Below are positions 13,113 to 23,400 of a stretch of 64,000 nt of DNA, piece by piece. The first letter of the stretch is position 1. The number at the start of each line of letters is the position of its first letter. Under the pieces are notes generated by a model. It did not search any database and was not told the DNA's origin. It saw only the letters and a program-made list of their open reading frames with translations. The position numbers and the translations under genes were made by a program. This stretch comes from Squalus acanthias (Eukaryota), in NCBI GenBank assembly GCA_030390025.1, contig CM059433.1, forward strand, positions 19,408,001 to 19,472,000, given 5' to 3'.

Positions 13113-13459
13113 AAGGGGAGGAGTGGAGGAAAGATGAGAGAAATGTCATATTCCAGGCAGTTAAAATATTTAATACATCTTCATTTCATACAGCCTTGAA
13201 TAACCAGTCACTTCTATCCTCCCATTATGCTTCCACTCCAATACATCCCAATGAGGGAACATATATTCAACAGGCTTATCACCTTTGACTACGATGCAGT
13301 AATTTGCAGATATTAAACAGACTGGAACTCAGTTGTATCACAGACAGTAAAAATTTCAAAAATCACATTAACATACCAACTTAGTGCTCTCTGCGCAAGT
13401 CTGGTTCTGAGAAAGGGGAGGAGTGGAGGAAAGATGAGAGAAATGTCACATCCCAGGCA
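13113..13459. repeat. 47-bp direct repeat, copies 13113-13159 and 13413-13459
   Basis: aaggggaggagtggaggaaagatgagagaaatgtca(t/c)at(t/c)ccaggca, 2 mismatches, 300 bp apart. Confidence 0.9.
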
Positions 13460-13842
13460 CATATATATGCAATCCAACTAATTAGATTTATATTGGGAAT
13501 CCAAAGCAGAGCTACGGCGAAACACTCTTTGTTGGGGGGCGGGGGTGCAAGGGAGTGGTCAGCAGCTTTGGATCCACTTTCAGGACAGCCTGAAATGTCA
13601 GTATGTATTAAAGTGAAAGAAGCCACTCTGGGTTGCAATCACCCCATGCTACTTGCATTGCAGGAATGATTGAATAGGGAAAGACAAAAAATGGTGGTTA
13701 TGTGTCAAGCTCCTACAAAGCCTATGCATGTTTAAAAATGTCACTGTTTTTAACAACAGAGAAAGGAAAGGAATAAAACAGGTTTGTGAACATAAGTACT
13801 CCTTCTACATTTACATTCTCTTAATTCTCCTTTCCTGTGCAA

Positions 13843-13985
13843 CAACAACTTGCATTTATATAGCGCCTTTAACGTAGCAAAACGTCCCTTCATAGGAGCG
13901 TTATCAAACAAAATTTGACACTGTGCCACATAAGGAAATATTAGGACAGGTGACCAAAAGCTTGGTCAAAGAGGTAGGTTTTAAG
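13843..13985 (-). mobile_element. L2 3' end fragment
   Basis: caacaacaacttgcatttatatagcgcc...ggacaggtgaccaaaagcttggtc, as in the other L2 tails. Confidence 0.75.
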
Positions 13986-14526
13986 GTAGGTGCAAGGAAA
14001 ATATTTAGCATCTAATAGCCCTCAATCAATAGCTGAAAATCAAAAAAGATTCATCCCACCTACAAAATTTACAATCCTTCTACAGCTCAGATAATTTAAT
14101 ACCTTTTGCTGTTTGCATTATATTGTTTCAATCCATGCAGAACTGATGTTTTGTACTTCGAATAAAATATTGCCACCATTCTTTGGTGCACAATATACAA
14201 CTTTTACAGGTTACAAAAATTAAAATGGTCACTTCCAGCCTTAAAAAATCATCCACATTGAGGCCCAGCATGGCTTTTCACTTTTGGATGGGGAAATATA
14301 CACGACACCATATTTTACATGTGATTTGAAAAAATATTATACGAGTTGATTTATAAAGCAGGCAAGGAAACAGCCATGTTGCAATCTTTAAATGACAAAC
14401 CTCAGCCTAAATTCAAATATACTGTTATTTCAATGCCATCTCGAATTAACTTTGGAACAATGGAAGTATTTTCTGATATGGCACCATTAGTTTCACAATT
14501 GGATAATCTACGTGATTGTTCAGTAC

Positions 14527-14563
14527 CTTGGAGAATAGCGTTTTTGCAGCAGTCACTGGCCAT
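14527..14563 (-). CDS. MCPH1: Microcephalin, probable first coding exon (MASDCCKNAILQ + G, phase 1)
   Basis: Minus strand reads cttgcag|A ATG GCC...CTC CAA G|gtactg. 37 coding nt give phase 1, joining the next exon as ...AILQD-VVAF, which parallels human MAAPILKD-VVAY. Confidence 0.75.
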
Positions 14564-15560
14564 TCTGCAAGAGTCTGTGTAAGGCTCCCAATATGGAAAG
14601 TTCCTCAAAGATTAGCTGTATAAATACATTAAAAAATATATGATTTGGGGATTTCATAGCAACACGTAGGCTTCATCATAATTTAGCAGATCCAACAACA
14701 TCTGAAAAGATAGGTTAATATTTTGGTTAGAAATCCTTCATCAGAACCAAGAAAGAAAGACAAGCCCTTCATAACAAAGCGGAACAAACACCAAGTGATG
14801 GGGCAAATATCGTAAATACTAGTACAAAGAGGTAGATCATGGGAATAGATTTATTATCCTCTCAAGTTCTTTTTTTTTTAAACTGGAAAAGGTGAAAAGC
14901 ATGAGATGATAAACAGAGATCTTAGTCATGCTATAAAATGGCTTTAGAAAGACAAAACCTAAGTAAAACAGATCCTGAACAGAAGGGAGCAAAATAGAAC
15001 ATGAATGGAAGAAACTAGGCCCCCCGAGACAACGCTGGTGAGGGATGGAGGTCGAGATCATAATTTATTTTTGAAAGTCAGAAATTTTGAGAGGTCAGGT
15101 GTTCAGTCCAAACAGAAATAAACAACTGTAAAGTGTATTGCAACATATAACTTAATAGCTTAAGATGCAAGAATAGAGTGAAAGTACACTATAATAGCTA
15201 CAGAGAATTACAATACATGCAAGGTTAGCTAAAGTTAGGAAGAGAAGACAAAACCAAAGAAGACAACGACCGTAGGTGAAACCTTGCCACAGGCGTCCCC
15301 AGCGTGAAACCAGAACATCTCAGACAGAGGCAGTTCTGCCTGACGCAACAGCGTCTAACCTACTACGAATGGAGAGATTGCATGATCTTATACTCACATC
15401 ACAAAGGGACATCCTTAGCTTTTGAACCTTAACAATGGCGCTCAAACTATAAATATAAACTTGCTAAGTGTGTACTGTGAACTTGGACATCAATAATAAC
15501 CTCGTTATACTGTTACTAAATAAACAGCTCCTGCTGAGATACTGTGATATTTAAATTACT

Positions 15561-15656
15561 TCTGACGAAGGGTCATCGACCTGAAACGTTAACTCTGTTT
15601 CTCTCTCTACAGATGCTGCCTGATTGCTGAGTATTTCCAGCATTTTCTGTTTTTAC
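15561..15656 (+). mobile_element. 96-bp Penelope-like terminal fragment starting at a minimal hammerhead core
   Basis: CTGACGA-A-GGGTC-ATC-GACCT-GAAA-CGTT; 10-bp TSD ttaaattact at 15551-15560 and 15657-15666. Confidence 0.8.
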
Positions 15657-17171
15657 TTAAATTACTGTTGCCCTTATATTTAGATACTGTTAATTAGTGT
15701 TAAGTATCTGTTTACTTTAGCTGTAGTCATCAATACAATCTTGTGATGGGATTATCTATGTCACTGATGCTGCTAAAGTAGTGCTACTTAATGCACCCAT
15801 GGCTGACTCCATTGTTGATGCCTCTGGCAACTCAAGAGTTAAGCTGCATTTCACTCAGGATTGTATAGTAATCTTGTTGCAGACATGTCTGGTCTAGTTA
15901 ACTATCAATATCTTTTAGACTAGGATATATGGGATCAACTAATTGGGTACCAAATATAAAACTGAAATGATGAATAGCAATCCAATTTTCTGATGTATAC
16001 GAAGGAAAAAGCGGAAGAGATTTGTCTGAAAGCCTTCAAATCACGCACTGGAATTTCAGATACAATATTTTTTGCATAATGTGCAGGGTTTGAGTTCATC
16101 TCTCCTACAAGCTATTCCAGTTTTTCGCAAAGAAGTTTGGCTATACTTTTATTGATCTTCCTACTATCAATAAAACAAAAGTATAAATGTGATAGGCCAT
16201 CTGATGTAAACTTTAGCAAGACAAGGGAACTTCATTTTGAGGTTGAGGTGAGATTTGTCCCTTCAGCACCAGGAAGTGGCCATTGGCTATGTCTCAGTTT
16301 ATACTTGGCATCCACAAAACTTCCCATCGTGCTGAGCATTTTATGTAAATTAGAACTATCAGCAATAATTACCACCCACTTCCCATTTTCCACCAGGAGT
16401 TTTGGAGCAGTGTCGTTACAGTGCATTATCTCTGCAATTGGGGATTTTTTTTTTTTTTAATTATCCAACCCAAAGGTTTGCCTTCATTTCCAACAAGCAG
16501 CATTATTTCTGGTATAAAAAAATCCAACTATCATAAGTAATTAATTTAAATTGTCCCAAGAAGCTTAAATCCAAGGAGACAAGACAGGGTGCAGAGTTAA
16601 TTTGTAATAGCTGTAAGAACTTTTGCAAAATACAGCGCCCCCCCCCCCCCACCACCACCACGTTTTATTTTCCGTGCCTTGGTCTTTTCACATACAATAT
16701 TGTAGGTAAACTTTAAACATCGAGAACTGTGGAGTCCTTTGTAAAGCAGAAACCAGGCAAACGTTTCCCCTCTGAAAGTTGTAAACAGCAGCTGATTGGA
16801 TATTTTTTGCCACATTCCTACAGAGAATGTAAATTTACTCATCACAAAAAGAATGAATAAAGCAGTTAGAAGATTTTTTTTAAACAAAGGGTCATTCGAA
16901 ATTGGATGCCCTGCCAGAAAGTGGTGAAAACAGGATCCGTAAGAGCGAAGTGGATAAATATTCTAAAGAAAAAATTAGAAAGGCAAGGATACATGCAGGG
17001 CATGGAACTTAGTCCATTGGGCGTACAGAAAGTCAGCGCTGGCCTGACGGGTGAACAGCTCCTTTCCATGCTTGAAATTCAATGATTGCTTTGTCAATGT
17101 AATTCACTGCACTCTAAAACTAATTGATTATGGATACACTTTATAGCATTTCCATCATCATAAAGCACAAT

Positions 17172-17570
17172 GACCCAGATTTTGCAGTCAGCGGTGAAGT
17201 AATGGTACTTGCCGTTCACCTCGGAAAAAGCTGCCCACAAAGTTTTAGCAGGCTCTAGAGTGCAGACGACTTCTTTTCCGACATCAATTTGAATTTGGTG
17301 GCTTCTGCAGGGGATCTGTGGTGTCTGTTAACAAGGAAAGCAGCAGAGGCTGATAAACCAATCAGATTGAAGAATGCTCACAGAAGGCAAAGCAGGAAGT
17401 AAAAAAAATAGGAAATATAAATATTTAAATCATGGTACAGAAAACAAAATAAGGATTGGGACATATTAAGGGCAAGACAAATAGAAAAACATAAACTTAA
17501 AAAAACATCTGCAATTAATTTTCTTCTGAGGCAATAATTTTTCAGGGCCAGAGAGGTTGTTCAGCAGTAA
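17172..17570. mobile_element. Partial Harbinger-like non-autonomous element (left end only)
   Basis: Start gacccagattttgcagtc resembles the termini of 57726-58437 and 62699-63428; right end not found. Confidence 0.4.
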
Positions 17571-17584
17571 GGGCATTGGAACTA

Positions 17585-17927
17585 CAGGAAACTTTCTTTT
17601 AACCGGCACCCAAATAACCGGAAATCTCTCTTAACTGGCAAAATTCTTAAGTAGGTAACCGGGGTTTTCCTTCATCTCTCCTTTAAAAAAAACCCCGAGG
17701 CATTTGCCTTGTATCGGAGCATGTAGATTGGGAGGGGAATGTGCAGCCCGGGTAGGCAGCGGACAAGACAGATGGTCAGCTGGCGGTCCCCGGGGAGACG
17801 GAGCTCCGAATACAGGCGCATGTCAGTGTGTACGGGGCTCTCGTACGTTGGGAGATATAACTCTCCATTATCCGGACTTTTTGATTAACCGGCACCACGC
17901 CGGTCCCGGTTAATAAAGAGTTTCCTG
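17585..17927. mobile_element. Tc1/mariner (pogo/Tigger-like) MITE
   Basis: 26-bp TIRs caggaaactttcttttaaccggcacc / ggtcccggttaataaagagtttcctg, TA at both sides, internal ttaaccgg subrepeats. Confidence 0.85.
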
Positions 17928-18334
17928 TAGTATGAATCCTCTGTAGTCTCTCCTCGTGTCTAATGCCAAATATCAGAAGGTGGGTAGCCCTTTACTGCAC
18001 CTTTTCAGTGCCATGATATAATTCCTGTAATATGGTATCAGAACTGCACAAAGTACTCCAGAGGGGCACAAACCAATGTCCTGTATTGGGTCTGGCAGGT
18101 GTTTTATTTCATGTGATGTACAACCCAAAACCCAGAATTTCCTCAATTCCCAGAAAAATCAACCCTCACTTCCAGGACAGTCAGTGAATTTTTGTTGTAA
18201 ATTCTTCCACAATGCCTTATTTACTTTCTCCATAAAGGACATTGGAACCAGTATGAATTAGATGAAGCCTGTCCCTTTTGTACAACTTTCCTTGTCCTAA
18301 AACTTAGCCTGATATCCTAGTCAAATTTATAATA

Positions 18335-18640
18335 CTCCTGTGAAGCACCTTGGGACATTTTACTACATTAAAAGGTACTATAAAAATGCAAGTTGCTGCT
18401 GTTGAATCTGAAACATTCCCATCTGAAACTCCCATGCTCTTCTTCGAATGGGGCTCTCTCGTATCTACCCGAGGGGGCAGACAGGGCCTCGATTTAACAT
18501 CTCATCTGAAAGACAGCACCTCCACAGTGCCATACTGTGCAGAGTGTCAGCCTAGATAGTGCACTCAATTCTCTGTAATGGGGCTTGAACTCATTACTTT
18601 CTGACTCAGAGGTGAATGTGTTATCACTGAACCAAGGCTA
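18335..18640. mobile_element. L2 tail plus tRNA-derived SINE fragment
   Basis: tttaacatctcatctgaaagacagcacctcc motif shared with the SINEs at 39.8 and 55.9 kb. Confidence 0.6.
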
Positions 18641-19172
18641 ACACAACTGGACATGTCCAAACTGCTTCCAACTTATCCAGCACATGGCACATCAGTAACT
18701 TGCAATTACTACCCTAAAGATCTTCAGGTGCAGAATCTAACTCAAATCAGCAAGATTTCCATCCTACTCTATGTTCCTATGTGAACAGGTATTTTTCCAC
18801 ATGCTCTGTTATTTCCCCTCACTCTGGCACCTGGCAGGTAGCATACCATTTGTGGCTCCCAATCACAGCTGCAAAACTACAATCTCATTGGTGGCATTTA
18901 ATATCATTTACAATTACAAGACTGTTTCCCCCCCATATTTGATGCAGGCAAGATCACATTCTAATTACTGAATTATATTTCCTTAGAAAGTGCACTTGAA
19001 CTCAAATCATTCTGAAGCACAATTACTGCACATGTTCAGGGGACATCTTAGGCTAAGATGCACAGTTTGATCATCATCTCAACACTAAGAAAACAGAAAG
19101 AACTTGCATTGAAGTAGCACTTCACAGGTACCGGAGGACACCACAAGGCACTTCACAGCCAACGAACTATTG

Positions 19173-19774
19173 CACAACACCAGGTTATAGTCCAACAGCT
19201 TTATTTGAAATCACAAGCTTTCGGAGCGCTGCTCCTTCGTCAGGTGAAGTGAAGAAATACATATGGGCACAGCATATATAGTCAGAGAACCATGCCAGAC
19301 CACTGCAGTTAACCTTTCTAACTGCCCTTTATCACACCTCGGCAGATGCGGCCGGACCTGCTGTGATTTCCAGCAAACAAAAAGTAAAAAAAATTGTTGT
19401 TTTCCATACAGACGCCAGCATCTGCCACATTTGACCCCTTGTGGCACCACCTCATTGTCTTTGTTGTATTTTGCTATCGTCTTTGATGTAATGTCTTCCT
19501 GACTGACCTGGTTGGACACCATCCACACCTTTGATTGCCGTGATTGTCTCTCTGCCAAGGTGTGATAAAGGGCAGTTAGAAAGATTAACTGCAGTGGTCT
19601 GGCATTGTTCTCTGACTATATATGCTGTGCCCATATGTATTTCTTCACTTCACCTGAGGAAGGAGCAGCACTCGGAAAGCTTGTGATTTCAAATAAAGCT
19701 GTTGGACTATAACCTGGTGTTGTGCCACTTCTCACTTTTGTCCACCCCAGTCCAACACCGGCATCTCCGCATCA
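19173..19774 (+). mobile_element. Non-autonomous Penelope-like insertion with 175-bp inverted arms (19172-19346 / 19551-19725) and 3' tail
   Basis: Arms are reverse complements with few mismatches; 13-bp TSD caacgaactattg (19160-19172, 19775-19787); termini shared with 32802-33990; sits in a SINE remnant. Confidence 0.88.
19211..19247 (-). ncRNA. Minimal type I hammerhead ribozyme motif, core intact
   Basis: UCAC-CUGACGA-A-GGAGC-AGC-GCUCC-GAAA-GCUU-GUGA: core, 5-bp stem II, stem I UCAC/GUGA, palindromic AAGCUU. The plus-strand mirror (19650-19686) has two stem II mismatches. Confidence 0.75.
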
Positions 19775-19949
19775 CAACGAACTATTGGACAGTGGATGCG
19801 GTCACGTGGTAAAAACCAGCCGCAAATTCGCGCACAGCAAGATCCCACAACAGAAAATCAGATCGCTCACCATATACGAGGCGCACCAAAGCTGCAGGCT
19901 CACTTCCCAATGCAAAATGGTGTATTTTATATATTAAAAAAAAAGTCTA

Positions 19950-20274
19950 CTCTGATGGCCGACCGCACCTCGCCTTGATGACGGACCCGGGACTGCGAGC
20001 TCCCGGCTGCAGCGAGCAGCCGCCGTGCCCTGCTCGGTAAACAGCTGTCACCGACAAGCAGCGATCAGCCACATAAACAGCGAAAGGTGAAGTCAGCCGA
20101 ACGTGCACCGACACTCTTCAGTTAATTCTCAGCCCATTAACGCACATCAAACCCCAAACCCAGCCGCCGCTGTTACTGCGCCTACCCGATTCAAACATGG
20201 CGGGCTGAAGAGCGAGCGCGCGCCGCGCCGCCCGCCGGGAAAATAAACCGCGGCCAACTGTCACCAACTGCTCA
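19950..20274 (-). promoter_or_regulatory. MCPH1: CpG-island promoter and probable non-coding first exon of MCPH1
   Basis: CpG-dense unique sequence upstream of the coding exons. YY1-like AACATGGCGG (20194-20203), CHR-like TTTGAA (minus, 20190-20195), E2F-like TTTTCCCGGC (minus, 20234-20243). Candidate donors gag|gtgcgg (exon end 19969) and cgg|gtaggc (exon end 20186). Confidence 0.65.
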
Positions 20275-20487
20275 GGGGGCGGGGCCTGAGCTGTGACCGG
20301 GGGCGGGGCCTGAGCTGTGACCGGGGGCGGGGCCTGAGCTGTGACCGGGGGCGGGGCCTGAGCTGTGACCGGGGGCGGGGCCTGAGCTGTGACCGGGGGC
20401 GGGGCCTGAGCTGTGACCGGGGGCGGGGCCTGAGCTGTGACCGGGGGCGGGGCCTGAGCTGTGACCGGGGGCGGGGCCTGAGCTGTG
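20275..20487. repeat. 24-bp tandem repeat x9 (GGGGGCGGGGCCTGAGCTGTGACC), each unit with an Sp/KLF GC box
   Basis: Eight perfect units plus a 21-nt ninth; each contains GGGGCGGGGC. Confidence 0.97.
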
Positions 20488-20496
20488 GCTGGGGCT

Positions 20497-23400
20497 GGGG
20501 GACAGGAGATTGGAGAGGAGGGGGACAGGGGATTGGAGAGGAGGGGGACAGGAGATTGGAGAGGAGGGGGACAGGGGATTGGAGAGGAGGGGGACAGGGG
20601 ATTGGAGGGGAGGGGGACAGGAGATTGGAGAGGAGGGGGACAGGGGATTGGAGAGGAGGGGGACAGGGGATTGGAGGGGAGGGGGACAGGAGATTGGAGA
20701 GGAGGGGGACAGGAGATTGGAGGGGAGGGGGACAGGAGATTGGAGGGGAGGGGGACAGGGGATTGGAGAGGAGGGGGACAGGAGATTGGAGAGGAGGGGG
20801 ACAGGGGATTGGAGGGGAGGGGGACAGGAGATTGGAGAGGAGGGGGACAGGGGATTGGAGAGGAGGGGGACAGGGGATTGGAGGGGAGGGGGACAGGAGA
20901 TTGGAGGGGAGGGGGACAGGAGATTGGAGGGGAGGGGGACAGGGGATTGGAGAGGAGGGGGACAGGAGATTGGAGAGGAGGGGGACAGGGGATTGGAGAG
21001 GAGGGGGACAGGGGATTGGAGAGGAGGGGGACAGGGGATTGGAGGGGAGGGGGACAGCGGATTGGAGGGGAGGGGGACAGGGGATTGGAGAGGAGGGGGA
21101 CAGGGGATTGGAGGGGAGGGGGACAGGAGATTGGAGAGGAGGGGGACAGGGGATTGGAGGGGAGGGGGACAGGGGATTGGAGGGGAGGGGGACAGGAGAT
21201 TGGAGAGGAGGGGGACAGGGGATTGGAGGGGAGGGGGACAGGGGATTGGAGGGGAGGGGGACAGGGGATTGGAGGGGAGGGGGACAGGGGATTGGAGAGG
21301 AGGGGGACAGGAGATTGGAGAGGAGGGGGACAGGGGATTGGAGAGGAGGGGGACAGGGGATTGGAGGGGAGGGGGACAGGAGATTGGAGAGGAGGGGGAC
21401 AGGGGATTGGAGGGGAGGGGGACAGGGGATTGGAGGGGAGGGGGACAGGAGATTGGAGAGGAGGGGGACAGGGGATTGGAGAGGAGGGGGACAGGGGATT
21501 GGAGAGGAGGGGGACAGGGGATTGGAGGGGAGGGGGACAGGAGATTGGAGAGGAGGGGGACAGGGGATTGGAGAGGAGGGGGACAGGGGATTGGAGGGGA
21601 GGGGGACAGGAGATTGGAGAGGAGGGGGACAGGGGATTGGAGGGGAGGGGGACAGGGGATTGGAGGGGAGGGGGACAGGAGATTGGAGAGGAGGGGGACA
21701 GGGGAGGGGGACAGGGGATTGGAGGGGAGGGGGACAGGGGATTGGAGGGGAGGGGGACAGGGGATTGGAGAGGAGGGGGACAGGAGATTGGAGAGGAGGG
21801 GGACAGGGGATTGGAGAGGAGGGGGACAGGGGATTGGAGGGGAGGGGGACAGGAGATTGGAGAGGAGGGGGACAGGGGATTGGAGGGGAAGGGGACAGGA
21901 TTGGAGGGGAGGGGGACAGGGCATCGGAGGGGAGGAGGACAGGGGATTGGAGGGGAGAGGGACAGGGCATCGGAGGGGAGGGTGACAGAGGATTGGAGGG
22001 GAGGGGGATTGGAGGGGAAGGGGACAGGATTGGAGGGGAGGGGGACAGGGCATCGGAGGGGAGGAGGACATGGGATTGGAGGGAGGGGGACAAAGGATTG
22101 GAGGGGAGGGGGACAGGGCATCGGAGGGGAGGGGGACAGAGGATTGGAGGGGAGGGGGTCAGGGGATTGGAGGGGAGAGGGATGGGATTGGAGGGGAGGG
22201 GGTCAGGGGATTGGAGGGGAGAGGGACAGGGGATTGGAGGGGAAGGGTCAGATGATTGGAAGGGAGGGGGACAGGGCATCGGAGGGGAGGGGGACAGGGG
22301 ATTGGAGGGGAGAGGGACGGCATCGGAGGGGAGGGTGACAGAGGATTGTAGGGGAGGGGGAGGGGATTGGAGGGGAGGGAGACAGAGGATCGGAGGGGCG
22401 GGGGACAGGGCATCGGAGGGGAGGGGGACAGAGGATTGGATGGGAGGGGGACGGGGCATCGGAGGGGAGGGGGACAGAGGATTGGAGGGGAGGGAGACAG
22501 GGGATTGGAGGGGACAGGGCATCGGAGGGGAGGGAGAAAGAGGATTGGGACAGGGCATCGGAGGGGAGGGGGACAGAGGATTGGAGGGGAGAGGGACAGG
22601 GGATTGGAGGGGAGGGGGTCAGGGGATTGGAGGGGAGAGGGACAGGGGATTGGAGGGGAAGAGGACAGAGGATTGGAGGGGAAGAGGACAGAGGATTGGA
22701 GGGGAGGGGGACAGGGCATCGGAGGGGAGGGGGACAGGGGATTGGAGAGGAAGGGGACAGGATTGGAGGGGAGGGGGACAGGGCATCGGAGGGGAGGAGG
22801 ACAGGGGATTGGAGGGGAGAGGGACAGGGCATCGGAGGGGAGGGTGACAGAGGATTGGAGGGGAGGGGGATTGGAGGGGAAGGGGACAGGATTGGAGGGG
22901 AGGGGGACAGGGCATCGGAGGGGAGGAGGACAGGGGATTGGAGGGAGGGGGACAGAGGATTGGAGGGGAGTGGGACAGGGCATCGGAGGGGAGGGGGACA
23001 GAGGATTGGAGGGGAGGGGGTCAGGGGATTGGAGGGGAGAGGGACAGGGGATTGGAGGGGAGGGGGTCAGGGGATTGGAGGGGAGAGGGACAGGGGATTG
23101 GAGGGGAAGGGTCAGAGGATTGGAGGGGAGGGGGACAGGGCATCGGAGGGGAGGGGGACAGGGGATTGGAGGGGAGAGGGACGGCATCGGAGGGGAGGGT
23201 GACAGAGGATTGGAGGGGAGGGGGAGGGGATTGGAGGGGAGGGAGACAGAGGATTGGAGGGGCGGGGGACAGGGCATCGGAGGGGAGGGGGACAGAGGAT
23301 TGGATGGGAGGGGGACGGGGCATCGGAGGGGAGGGAGACAGAGGATTGGAGGGGAGGGGGACAGGGCACCGGAGGGGAGGGGGACAGGGGATTGGAGGGG

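Noticed and set aside
20275..21880. Regular short repeats resembling a CRISPR array
   Set aside because: Head-to-tail units with no unique spacers, no cas genes, eukaryotic context.
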